Origin: an uncultured Candidatus Saccharibacteria bacterium
GTDB taxonomy: Bacteria; Patescibacteriota; Saccharimonadia; Saccharimonadales; JAGQNJ01
Direction: 5' to 3'
Length of the DNA stretch: 64,000 nucleotides
Assembly: GCA_964590205.1 (NCBI GenBank)
Contig: CAZPVO010000002.1
Location: 65,005-129,004, forward strand
The notes below the pieces were generated by a model. That model searched no databases. It was not told where the DNA came from and saw nothing but the letters and a program-made list of their open reading frames with translations. Positions 36,673 through 46,448 of this stretch are shown here, piece after piece. The position numbers were made by a program, and so were the translations under genes. The number at the start of each line of letters is the position of its first letter. Within the stretch, counting starts at the first letter, position 1.

Positions 36673-38577
36673 GTGAAGCAACTAAAACAATTATTTACCA
36701 GTCCGTATTTCTATATTTTTATGATTACGTATTATGGTGTGTGGTTAATGTGGGATTCATTGCGCCTACCGTATCGCGGCCCTGCTGGTGTTATAAGTTA
36801 TTTGCCGTCAATTCACTTTAATCCAACGAATAATTTACTCCGGTTTTTAGTCGCTGTGTTAATGCCACCGATCGCATGTTTAATTTTTTGGCTGCTGACG
36901 GGAAGTGCTTGGCGTGGCAAATTAACTTCTAGAAAAATTCGTATTGTTGTTGCTGCACTACTAGTGATAAGCGCAGTTGCTTTGGCTTGTTTTATGGGCA
37001 TTGTTCAGGGAAGCACCGATTCCAAGAACCAGCCGCAAACTTATGGTGGTCCGTATAACTATGCCCTGCTCGATACATTTCACGAAGGTGAAACCTTAGG
37101 CCCAGCAGTTTCTTATCAGCAAAAAGACCTCAAGCCTTATCGTGATTTTGTGATTATTCACGGAGTATTCCAAGATCCTCTCCGTACTGTCATTGCTTTT
37201 AAATTATTTGGGCAAAGCATTGGTGCCGCGCGAGCATTTGGTGTAATGCTGCTCATGTTTACATTCATTTTGTACTACGCGTTACTGCTTGTTTTGTTTG
37301 AAGGCAATGTTTATAAATCATCGGCTGGTATGGCGGCCTTGGCGTTGTTACTTTTCCCATCACTGACAATTCCATTTATTGGCAAATCGCTGATTGGTGT
37401 GGCATTTCCGTTTCGAGATATTCCAACAATTCTGTTTTTGATGGCAGCAGTTGCCGGCTTGAGAGCAATTCTAAAAACTAAAAAGTGGTCGCAAATTATT
37501 TATAGTGGTTTGATTGGTTTTATTGTTGCAGCTGGCTTTGCGAACTCGATCGACCGCGCCATGTATATTGCAGTACTCTCAGTTGTTTGGCTCATCATGG
37601 TTGGACTGGTTCGTTACAAAGGATTTTGGAAACAAACATTCCTGCCGTATGTTTTTGGTGGCTTGGTTGGCGTTCCCGTGCTGGGAATGGCACTTAAGTG
37701 GGACTTTATTGATCTTGCAAAGTACCTGCTTAGCATGTCGCGTTACAAAGAGTACCTCGATGGTGTTCCATTTGTACGACCCGACTCAGGGGTAAGTTTG
37801 ATTCTTTTAGCCGTTTCATTCGGTGTTTTAGTGGTTGGCTGGTACATTTTGAAGACGCTCACTTCACCTGCCATGAAGCGCGGCAACTTTAAACACAAAG
37901 TTAAAACTGCGAGTGAACTTTTAGGAAAACTTGTTGAGCAGTACTATGTCGTGATTTTACTGTTTGTAACATCAGTATTTTTCCTAAGAAGTGCGATCGG
38001 TCGTGCCGATATAGGTCATTTAGTATATAGCATTCAGTGGCTGTATTTGCTTATCGCTTTTTTGGTTATTAATTACCTGTCTGCGTCCCGTAAAAAGAAT
38101 TCAATTGCCTTGGCTCTTATAAGTGTTATCTTGCTTGGTTCAACTCTTTTGTATTACGCTGGTCAAACGTATAAAATCAATCTTTCAAAAGATACTTTCC
38201 CAATCCACGCAAGCGACACAAACTTTATTCGTCCGGATTACAAACAAACTGCTGATTACCTAAAGCAAAACCTCAAGCCAAGCGAATCATTTATGACACT
38301 AACTTCTGAAGGTTCATACTATTACTTTGTTGATAAACCTTCACCAACCCGGTGGTATGTTTTGTGGTATGCCTACACTCACCCACAGCGCCAGGAAATT
38401 GCCGACAAGTTAGCAAATGATCAAAACATTAAGTACATTGTGACGAATGATAATTGGACCAGCAATTTCGATTACGTGCCAAATCCTGCTCGATTCCCAG
38501 AAGTTTATAGTGTACTTACAGATAAATACGAACCACAGACTGGCTTTGGTCAGCAAACCGTTTGGGTTCGTAAATAA
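36673..38577 (+). CDS. large polytopic membrane protein, GT-C-like candidate
   Basis: 634 aa, GTG start, at least 12 TM helices and a ~130-aa C-terminal soluble domain. No named family recognised. Confidence 0.5.
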   Translation: MKQLKQLFTSPYFYIFMITYYGVWLMWDSLRLPYRGPAGVISYLPSIHFNPTNNLLRFLVAVLMPPIACLIFWLLTGSAWRGKLTSRKIRIVVAALLVISAVALACFMGIVQGSTDSKNQPQTYGGPYNYALLDTFHEGETLGPAVSYQQKDLKPYRDFVIIHGVFQDPLRTVIAFKLFGQSIGAARAFGVMLLMFTFILYYALLLVLFEGNVYKSSAGMAALALLLFPSLTIPFIGKSLIGVAFPFRDIPTILFLMAAVAGLRAILKTKKWSQIIYSGLIGFIVAAGFANSIDRAMYIAVLSVVWLIMVGLVRYKGFWKQTFLPYVFGGLVGVPVLGMALKWDFIDLAKYLLSMSRYKEYLDGVPFVRPDSGVSLILLAVSFGVLVVGWYILKTLTSPAMKRGNFKHKVKTASELLGKLVEQYYVVILLFVTSVFFLRSAIGRADIGHLVYSIQWLYLLIAFLVINYLSASRKKNSIALALISVILLGSTLLYYAGQTYKINLSKDTFPIHASDTNFIRPDYKQTADYLKQNLKPSESFMTLTSEGSYYYFVDKPSPTRWYVLWYAYTHPQRQEIADKLANDQNIKYIVTNDNWTSNFDYVPNPARFPEVYSVLTDKYEPQTGFGQQTVWVRK

Positions 38578-38661
38578 GAGTCGCAAGCGAACAGTAGTGC
38601 GGCTGTTGATTTTTTGATACTTTTTATGGTAAAGTACATCTGTTAGTACAAAAATAAAACT

Positions 38662-39258
38662 ATGGCTCGATACAACATCAGTAAACCTATGAAATCTAAC
38701 CGTCGCCAGACAATTTTTTTGGCTATTGGTGCAGCTATCGTTATCATTATTGCCATCATCGCATTCTTAGAATTAACAAACCGAACCTACTTCTTTCATA
38801 AACGACCAACTCTTGACCAAGTTGCCACTCAATCAACACCAACCTCAAGTAAAGGTGAATCTGGAAGCTCAAGTTCAAGCACTAGCTCTGGTCAAACAAA
38901 TAATCCGCCAACAAGTTCTAATAACTCCAGTAAAACCGGAGGCTCCGCACCTACTGGCCAACCTCCAAAGCAGCCCTTTGGAAATTTTGTGAGTAGTCAT
39001 ACAATTAATATGGAGGTCAACGAGTCCTCTGTCTGTAATACAAGCGTCGGAGCAACCTGTGTGATTTCATTTACCAAAGATGGTGTCACGAAATCACTGG
39101 AATCCAAGGCAACTAATTCCGACGGTGCAGCTTTTTGGCAATGGACGCCAAAAAGTATTGGCCTGACTACTGGTACATGGCAAATTACTGCCACCGCTAG
39201 TGCAAATGGCCAAAATGCCAGTGCTACAGACCAGCAAAAACTCGAGGTACAGCCATGA
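38662..39258 (+). CDS. membrane-anchored hypothetical protein with Ser-rich linker and small beta-rich domain
   Basis: TM helix IFLAIGAAIVIIIAIIAFL, then an S/T/G/P-rich linker. 4-nt overlap with the next gene. Confidence 0.45.
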   Translation: MARYNISKPMKSNRRQTIFLAIGAAIVIIIAIIAFLELTNRTYFFHKRPTLDQVATQSTPTSSKGESGSSSSSTSSGQTNNPPTSSNNSSKTGGSAPTGQPPKQPFGNFVSSHTINMEVNESSVCNTSVGATCVISFTKDGVTKSLESKATNSDGAAFWQWTPKSIGLTTGTWQITATASANGQNASATDQQKLEVQP

Positions 39259-40595
39259 AAAGACTAACTGCTTTACTCGCGATTTTTCTACTTGTCGTCA
39301 CACTCGGCATGGGCCTAGTGCATCCTAAAAAAGCTCACGCTTCATTTGTTGCAAACAACTTAATTGCTGACGGTGCGTTTGATTTTGTAAACTCAATGAA
39401 CACCGTCCAAATCGATAGTTTCCTGAACAGTTTTCCAAATAGTTGTATTAGCCCAAACAGCGGATTTGAAGCAGTTGTACCGACAGGCTACACACCAAAT
39501 GGCGGCTTTACCTATGGCGCATATGTTTCGGCTGGAAGTGTTATTGCCACCGCAGCTCAGGTTTACGGCATTAATCCACAAGTGCTCCTTGTAACTTTGC
39601 AAAAGGAACAGAGCTTAGTTCAAGGTGGCGCTGGTTATTGTGATAATGGTGATGAAAATAAATACGCTGCTGCCGTTGGCTACGGTTGTCCGGATAGCGG
39701 TACCGTGCATAGTTATACAGATATTTTTATGTACCGCAGAAACGGTGTTCCGCATACCAATACTGGACCAACATGTGTAAACAGTGCTGCAAAGGCCGGC
39801 TTCTCTCAACAAGTCATTCGAGCCGCGTGGTTGCTAAAGTTTGGCCAGCAAAGATCACTCGGCCGCACAGGCTGGGCGGTTATTAGTGGATCCTGGGATA
39901 ATTCAGACGACTTATCAACTTGTTACGGCGGGCCAATGACACAAGGCGTCTTTAAGCGCTGTGCTAGTGAATCTTCACCAACTGCCTACGACGGATGGAT
40001 AACAATTGATGGTCTGGCAACCCATATGGACACTGGTGGTACTGCTGCACTTTACTGGTACACCCCGCACTTCCACGGTAATCAAAATTTTGTAAATCTT
40101 TTTGAAAGCTGGTTTGGTAGCACTCAATCACCGGCTACTTGTACGGGTAGTGAAACTCCAGGAACATACGTGCGAAGGTTCTACAATCCACGAACGTTTG
40201 AACATTTCTACTCCGCCTATGATTGTGACATTCCATTCCTACAGCGAATCGGTTTCATTAACGAAGCGCCTGTCTTTAATACCACGCCGTGTGATGCTGG
40301 TTACGCCGTGCCAGTTTATCGATACTACAACCCACAAACCGGTCAGCACATGTGGAACACGCTTAACGAGAATCAGGCTCAGCTTGATGCCGGAGGCACA
40401 GGCTACAAAGTTGAAGCCGGAATTGTTTTCTGTACAGCTCGTAGTGACTCCGGAGCACCAAATCACGTCATAAGATATTACAACCCAACTACTTTCCTTC
40501 ATTTATGGGGCCCGCCAGCTTCACCTGCCGACCAAGATATTCTTAACCGCGCCGGCTACACCCAGGTTGAAGGTACCGTTTTCTGGGCACAATAA
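39255..40595 (+). CDS. secreted protein: possible cell-wall-active N-terminal domain plus three C-terminal R-x-Y-N-P-x-T-x-x-H repeats
   Basis: Signal peptide ending AHA|SF. The segment GINPQVLLVTLQKEQSLV recalls glucosaminidase/lysozyme-like wall enzymes. Repeats: VRRFYNPRTFEHFY, VYRYYNPQTGQHMW and VIRYYNPTTFLHLW. Confidence 0.5.
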   Translation: MKRLTALLAIFLLVVTLGMGLVHPKKAHASFVANNLIADGAFDFVNSMNTVQIDSFLNSFPNSCISPNSGFEAVVPTGYTPNGGFTYGAYVSAGSVIATAAQVYGINPQVLLVTLQKEQSLVQGGAGYCDNGDENKYAAAVGYGCPDSGTVHSYTDIFMYRRNGVPHTNTGPTCVNSAAKAGFSQQVIRAAWLLKFGQQRSLGRTGWAVISGSWDNSDDLSTCYGGPMTQGVFKRCASESSPTAYDGWITIDGLATHMDTGGTAALYWYTPHFHGNQNFVNLFESWFGSTQSPATCTGSETPGTYVRRFYNPRTFEHFYSAYDCDIPFLQRIGFINEAPVFNTTPCDAGYAVPVYRYYNPQTGQHMWNTLNENQAQLDAGGTGYKVEAGIVFCTARSDSGAPNHVIRYYNPTTFLHLWGPPASPADQDILNRAGYTQVEGTVFWAQ

Positions 40596-40596
40596 A

Positions 40597-41514
40597 TTAG
40601 TGAATCATTTCTTGAAGACCGGTTTTTAGATCGGTCAACGGCATCTCGCCAAACTCGTCAGTAAAGCGCTCTGTGCTGATTTTGGCACTCTTCAAAAAAG
40701 TCTTAGGTTCTTCTTGATGATTAACTTCAATTTTCTTTCCGGTTACTTGCTCGAGCGCCTCGATAATTTGATTCACACTTGTCTGGGTACCACTACCAAG
40801 ATTGTAAATCCGTTGCTGTGTATTCTCGGCAAAAGATTTTGTGATCATTTTAGTTATGTCGCGGATAAAAATGTAGTCGCGCGTTGCTGAGCCATCGCCC
40901 AAAACATTGAGTGGCTGCCCTTCCTGCATTTGCCCTAAAAAGGCCGGGATAACACCTTGGTTATTACGAAAAGCCTGACGCGGTCCGTAAGGGTTTGTCA
41001 GTCGATACACAACGTATTCCAGACCAACTTTGCGGTTAAAGTAGGCCAAGTAGTTTTCGATTGCCAGTTTGTTAATACCATAAGGAGACACTGGGGTTGC
41101 AGCGTCAGTTTCAGCGGCTGGTTTTTCCTCAGCCAAGTGTCCGTAAATTGCGCCCCCAGATGATAAGTAAATAATCTTGTGGACACCTGCATCAACTGCC
41201 TCCTGGAAAATATCGATACTTGGTTTCAGATTTTTTTCAATATCAGTAAATGGATCATTGTCAGAGCTGGCCGGAGTTGTAGCCGAAAAAGCATGAAAAA
41301 CGTAATTAACACCATTTAGAACTTTTGCTCTAGTGTCAGTATCGTAAATGTCTCCCTTAATAACTTCAACTTGGTCACTTTGGTTGAATTGTGGATCGCT
41401 AGTATACAAATCAAAAGCTCGTACCTGGTAGCCAGCACTCACAAGTTCATCAACTAAATGGCTTCCGATGAAACCATTTGCACCAAGTACTAAACACAAT
41501 TGATTATTTTGCAT
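40597..41514 (-). CDS. NAD-dependent sugar epimerase/dehydratase (SDR)
   Basis: VLGANGFIGSHLVDEL Rossmann motif and YGINK (YxxxK). 305 aa. Confidence 0.8.
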   Translation of the reverse strand: MQNNQLCLVLGANGFIGSHLVDELVSAGYQVRAFDLYTSDPQFNQSDQVEVIKGDIYDTDTRAKVLNGVNYVFHAFSATTPASSDNDPFTDIEKNLKPSIDIFQEAVDAGVHKIIYLSSGGAIYGHLAEEKPAAETDAATPVSPYGINKLAIENYLAYFNRKVGLEYVVYRLTNPYGPRQAFRNNQGVIPAFLGQMQEGQPLNVLGDGSATRDYIFIRDITKMITKSFAENTQQRIYNLGSGTQTSVNQIIEALEQVTGKKIEVNHQEEPKTFLKSAKISTERFTDEFGEMPLTDLKTGLQEMIH

Positions 41515-41560
41515 AAGTCCAAATAATTATCTCATTAATTCAATGGCCAGGCTAGGTCTC

Positions 41561-44086
41561 TCACAGATCTTTTACAATCTCGTCAATCATCGGCTTGTAA
41601 CTATGGTTGGCTTGGTCCTGTGCAACTTTATTCGAGTATTTTGACATGTCAGCCAGCGCTTTGTTGCTGGTTTTTTCTTTGTTAAGCACTTGCTCAAAAA
41701 CATCTGCAATTTGGTTGAAATCAGCACTGTCCAGATAAAAACCATTTTTGCCTTCGAATAATTGTTCGTCAATTCCTGACGAATCGTTTCGCAGTACTGC
41801 ATGGCCCGCCGCCATGCCTTCAAATACAAACAGCGGTAAGCACTCGCGCAGCGAGTAACAAATAGTCATGTTTGATTCCATCATCAGCTCCGATGAACGA
41901 TCATGCGTCACACGGCCATAATGCTTAAAGTGATCGCCGAGTAGCTTATCAGCATGCTTAAGAATTTGCCGAGAGAGAAAGTCACTTTCGACACCAACAT
42001 AAACAAGTTCGAAATCACGATATTTGGATGCGTCTTTTTGATAATTATTTTTCAAGAAATTACCAAGCGCATAAAAAACTGGCAGTTGACCTTTGCGACC
42101 ATCGCCCATCGTACCTGGCAAAATAAAGCTGAGCTTATCAAAATCTTGTGATCCGCGAACTTTTTGGTACTTTTTTGGAATGATGTACTTGTATGGCTGC
42201 TTGCGAATGTTGGTTTTGTTTTCAAAAAACTTTTGATAATTTTCGAGCGCTTTACCTGCCGCAATAAAGATTACAATTTTATTCGATTTTATAAGTTTTT
42301 TGATCCGTTGCGCTTCGTGTGGCTCAAATACTAACTCAGGTTCGTCTTCATGCACAAACCAAACTAGTTTTTTGAGTACATTGGATTCGAGCCCATAGTA
42401 GAGAGAGTTTTTAAGAATTTGTGTATGACCAACCGTGTTAAGCACGACAATATCATCTTTTATAAATGGCACACCGATTTCGCGGCTAATATGCAGCTGC
42501 GGTTTTATACCGGATTTATTAAGCCTAGTAATATTTTGCTTAAGCGCCGGATTAAAAGTATGGAATTCAAACGGTACATTTTTATGCTCTTTGACAATCG
42601 TTTCGGCAAGATCCATAAATACGTACGGCGCACCAGAAAAATCTAGTTGGTGCGACACCATAACAATGCCTGGTTTGTCGCGTTTGGTACCGATTTTGCC
42701 AGACAAACGATTTTTGACTTTTGTGCGCATAGCAAAATAGGTGTTTTTTGCACCAAATTTTCGTGCATATGCTGGAATCATTTTTGCTTTGCCAGCCAGC
42801 TGACGCACTCTTACAATTTTTCCGCCGCGTCTTATTCCATATTGATACACCCCTTGAGTTTGCAAGTCTGGCGCCTGGGCATGCGAATTAATATCTTTCG
42901 CTAGATCCTTCGTAACTTCGTCCCAATATAAACTTTTTCGCAAACCTTTCAGATTACTTTTAACATCTTGCAGCGTATTTTCATCCTTAAGAGCATCGAC
43001 GAGGTTTTTACTAATCGCCTCCGAACTTAGCCCATCAAGTTTAATGGCAGCCTTTTTCGCCAACAACGTTTCGCCTAGTGGATCGCCTCCATTGGTAATA
43101 ATCGGCAAATCTGCCCAAACGTAGTCAACAACTCGCGTTCGCCAAGCCAGTTCATTTTCGTCGCCGATCTTATTAATCACAACCACGAGATCGCTGTCCA
43201 AGTACCAGTCGGCACGGTCATTGTATTTGATCCAGTCTTGCATCACGACGTGGTTTTTACGCGAGGCGTCGGCTTCAATGTAATCAACGAGTTCTTCATA
43301 TGCTTTCACAAAATCCGGGTGAGTATTAAATGGATTTTTGGCACCCACAATTACTAGCTTTGTTGGGATTTCCTCATTGGCCGCCTCGATTGCATCAATC
43401 AGATTACTCAGATTGAACCAAGGATAAATGCCACCAAACCACAAGATTTTTTTGTACTTGCCTCCGTCTTTGCCCATTAATTTTGTAATCGGTTTTTCGC
43501 TAACTTTCGGCTCGTCTTTATAAATACCGTACGGCACAATCTTTATTAGTTCTTGGCCATAGGTGACTGGATTAATTCGACCTAAGCCAGAGAGTACGCC
43601 CATGTAATAACGCTTTTGGGCCTCGGAGGCGCACAGGAACAAATCACCGCGTTTTAAAACTTCGCCCCAACGATAGACATCATCAGTAAAAGCATGGTAT
43701 TCGCGGTCAATGTCGTCACTATTTCGTGCAGAGACTTCGACATAAATTGGTACATAACAATCCAGTATTAGCTGCTGATTGGGTTTAACACTCTCGGCAA
43801 CTTTTACCGACAATCCACCCATGCAGTAGCTGATAATTATTGTATCGAACTCGCGCACCAATGCTTCAATTTCGGTTAAATGCCAGGTGGCAATATTGAT
43901 ACCTTCAAAATTATCTGTAAACTTATCTTTTTTATACTCGTCGCTGTATGCAACAGTTATATCAAGATCTGGATCGTTGGCCTTTAAGCCCTTAGCTAAC
44001 CCCCAGCATCGCAAACCGCCACCTTCAACTTTACTGTGTTCGGGAGTTGGTACTGGTCCGTTTGATAAGATCAAACACTTGCTCAT
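41561..44086 (-). CDS. large two-domain glycosyltransferase (tandem GT-B/GT4-like modules; candidate glycan polymerase)
   Basis: 841 aa. The N-terminal half is GT-B-like. The C-terminal half carries an EX7E-type motif (FEGMAAGHAVLRNDSSGIDE). Confidence 0.75.
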   Translation of the reverse strand: MSKCLILSNGPVPTPEHSKVEGGGLRCWGLAKGLKANDPDLDITVAYSDEYKKDKFTDNFEGINIATWHLTEIEALVREFDTIIISYCMGGLSVKVAESVKPNQQLILDCYVPIYVEVSARNSDDIDREYHAFTDDVYRWGEVLKRGDLFLCASEAQKRYYMGVLSGLGRINPVTYGQELIKIVPYGIYKDEPKVSEKPITKLMGKDGGKYKKILWFGGIYPWFNLSNLIDAIEAANEEIPTKLVIVGAKNPFNTHPDFVKAYEELVDYIEADASRKNHVVMQDWIKYNDRADWYLDSDLVVVINKIGDENELAWRTRVVDYVWADLPIITNGGDPLGETLLAKKAAIKLDGLSSEAISKNLVDALKDENTLQDVKSNLKGLRKSLYWDEVTKDLAKDINSHAQAPDLQTQGVYQYGIRRGGKIVRVRQLAGKAKMIPAYARKFGAKNTYFAMRTKVKNRLSGKIGTKRDKPGIVMVSHQLDFSGAPYVFMDLAETIVKEHKNVPFEFHTFNPALKQNITRLNKSGIKPQLHISREIGVPFIKDDIVVLNTVGHTQILKNSLYYGLESNVLKKLVWFVHEDEPELVFEPHEAQRIKKLIKSNKIVIFIAAGKALENYQKFFENKTNIRKQPYKYIIPKKYQKVRGSQDFDKLSFILPGTMGDGRKGQLPVFYALGNFLKNNYQKDASKYRDFELVYVGVESDFLSRQILKHADKLLGDHFKHYGRVTHDRSSELMMESNMTICYSLRECLPLFVFEGMAAGHAVLRNDSSGIDEQLFEGKNGFYLDSADFNQIADVFEQVLNKEKTSNKALADMSKYSNKVAQDQANHSYKPMIDEIVKDL

Positions 44087-44172
44087 AGTAAACGTAAAAA
44101 TCCTGCTTTATCTCAGATTATCTATTAATTTCTACCTGGCTTATTGTATCATTGTAAGGATATCAATTTATT

Positions 44173-45210
44173 ATGAAAAAAGATTCTGAGCTTTTAAGTT
44201 GTTGGCCTGATGGGTACTCTCGCTATTACATTATTTCGAGAGCACTGCATGATATTTTTGGAAAGCAGAAAATAAACATCCTCGACTTGGGTGGTGACTC
44301 CAAGTGGATGTACGAGTTTTTAAACGAGCAAGGCGTAAACTTTTCGCTGCATATTGTTGATCAGCGCAAACCAGATTTTAAAAATCCGAATGTTAAGTAC
44401 ACCAAGGGCGATTTCTTCAAGCTAAAGGCATCTGAGTATTTATCTGATGTCACGGTTAATACTGATGTGCTGGAACATGTTCCGAAAGACATGAAAATAC
44501 CATTTGTCGAAAAATGCTTGGAACTTACTAAAAAAGTAGCCGTATTTTCTGGGCCATTTGAAGCGCCAGATGTAACACTGGCCGAGAAGAGTATTGATAA
44601 CTTGTCAGTGAAAGTTTCCGGGAAGCAGCAGCGCTGGTTGAAAGAGCATTTTGAGTTTGGCAAACCAAAAGCTAAAGACATTGAGGCGGTGCTTCAAAAG
44701 CAAAGTCTGCCGTACGTGTGTCTATATTCAAACAACATCAACAACTGGTTACTGACGTTTACGGCAAATCTGGTACATCAACAAGTTAGCAATTTAGAAG
44801 ATATGGATGGATTGAACCGTTTTTATAACGAACATATCTTAAGTATTGGCGACTCTGCTGGTACGCCATACCGACGAGTGTACGTTGTGTTTAAAGACAA
44901 GAGTTTAGCTAAAAAAGTTGATGCATTGCAAAAGGAACTATCGGGCGATGAGTCCACTAAAACACTTTTCTACTCGAAAGTTATGGAAGCATTCGCAGGC
45001 AAAGTTATTTCGCTAGGTAAAGAGGCTGCGCAAGCGACCAAGAAAAGCGCTGAAAATGAACGAAAATTGGCAGAGGCAAAAGTTCAGCTTGCTGAGCAAA
45101 ATAACGTTATCGAAGATTTATCTTCACGACTCGACTATATTCAATCAAAGCTGCCATACAAAGTTGCTCGAAAACTTAAACACACTGTTAAAAAAGTATC
45201 ACGTAAGTAA
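44173..45210 (+). CDS. class I SAM-dependent methyltransferase with C-terminal coiled coil
   Basis: Motif I ILDLGGD and motif II/III region VTVNTDVLEHV. The C-terminus KSAENERKLAEAKVQLAEQNNVIEDLSSRLDYIQSKL is heptad-like. Confidence 0.7.
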   Translation: MKKDSELLSCWPDGYSRYYIISRALHDIFGKQKINILDLGGDSKWMYEFLNEQGVNFSLHIVDQRKPDFKNPNVKYTKGDFFKLKASEYLSDVTVNTDVLEHVPKDMKIPFVEKCLELTKKVAVFSGPFEAPDVTLAEKSIDNLSVKVSGKQQRWLKEHFEFGKPKAKDIEAVLQKQSLPYVCLYSNNINNWLLTFTANLVHQQVSNLEDMDGLNRFYNEHILSIGDSAGTPYRRVYVVFKDKSLAKKVDALQKELSGDESTKTLFYSKVMEAFAGKVISLGKEAAQATKKSAENERKLAEAKVQLAEQNNVIEDLSSRLDYIQSKLPYKVARKLKHTVKKVSRK

Positions 45211-45230
45211 TTTATTTTTCGTTCTTGTTT

Positions 45231-46448
45231 TTAAGAATCAAAAGAAATTTTGTGATCTATATTGATGAGCCCAGCACTTTGCAAAGTTTTTCGAACTTTA
45301 AACTTTGATAAGTTTTCGCGCCAATCATATGTCGTATGTCCGTCATCGCTAGCAGCAGCCGGTGATATAAAGTAATCACCCGATAGAAACGCGTTTGGCA
45401 CTTCCCATGTTGTCTCAGTTTTCTGACCCTTCTTAACATTTTTGGTTTCAACCTTCGACCATTTAGTATTGGAAGTAAACACTCGATGCCCGGCTGCGTC
45501 CAGAATAGTAACGCCGTACACAGGTGTGTCACAGTCTTTGTTGGCTTTATATTTCACTGTCACAAATAACGAAGTGTCCTTGTCGGTGAAAACAGCTTTT
45601 GCATCTGCTGATGGCTTGTTGCTAATCGTCGCTGAAACAATTTCCATGTCACGATTTCCCCAGCGCTCCTTTGTTGCCGTGCTCACTTCTTTGCCACTGA
45701 GCCGTTCTTCTTCACGGTTAATAATATCAGTGTACTCGTTGACCACCTTATCGATGTCACCGTGAGCTTTTATGTGTCCTTTTTCGAGCAAAATTCCCTT
45801 GTCGCAATATTCACGCAGCGCGTTTGAATCATGGCTGACAAGAATCACGGTTTTCTTATTTTTCTTGAGCTCTTTGAAGTAGTTAAAACATTTTTGCTGG
45901 AAAATTGCGTCGCCCACAGCTAATACTTCGTCGAGTAGTAAAATGTCGCTATCGGCACGAATCGCAATCGAAAACGCCAGGCGAACCTGCATACCACTTG
46001 AGTAATTTTTGAGCTTTTGATCCATAAATCGCTCCAGTTCAGCAAACTCAACAATGTCATCATACATGGCATTCATTTGCTTACGGTTGAATCCAAGAAG
46101 TGCACCATTAAGGAACACATTTTCTCGGCCGGTCAGCTCATGGTTAAAACCAACACCGAGCTCAATAAACGGTGTCAAACTACCTTTAACTTGAATGTTG
46201 CCCTCATTTGGCGTGTATATTCCAGCTAGTAGTTTTAAGAGTGTACTTTTACCGCTTCCATTGCGTCCGACAATACCAAAGAATTCGCCCTTTTTAATTT
46301 CGAACGAAATATCATTGAGTACTTTTTGGTGCTCAAACGTGCGGCGTTTGTAAAAATTAATGACAGCGCTTTTAACAGACGTTGTTTTTTCATGCGGAAG
46401 TTTAAACTCCTTAATGACATCCTCAACTTTTATGGCAATGTCTTCCAT
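45231..46448 (-). CDS. polysaccharide/teichoic-acid ABC exporter ATPase with C-terminal glycan-binding-type domain (Wzt/TagH-like)
   Basis: Walker A GRNGSGKST, signature YSSGMQVRL and Walker B ILLLDEVLAVGD. A ~160-aa beta-rich C-terminal extension follows. Confidence 0.85.
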   Translation of the reverse strand: MEDIAIKVEDVIKEFKLPHEKTTSVKSAVINFYKRRTFEHQKVLNDISFEIKKGEFFGIVGRNGSGKSTLLKLLAGIYTPNEGNIQVKGSLTPFIELGVGFNHELTGRENVFLNGALLGFNRKQMNAMYDDIVEFAELERFMDQKLKNYSSGMQVRLAFSIAIRADSDILLLDEVLAVGDAIFQQKCFNYFKELKKNKKTVILVSHDSNALREYCDKGILLEKGHIKAHGDIDKVVNEYTDIINREEERLSGKEVSTATKERWGNRDMEIVSATISNKPSADAKAVFTDKDTSLFVTVKYKANKDCDTPVYGVTILDAAGHRVFTSNTKWSKVETKNVKKGQKTETTWEVPNAFLSGDYFISPAAASDDGHTTYDWRENLSKFKVRKTLQSAGLINIDHKISFDS

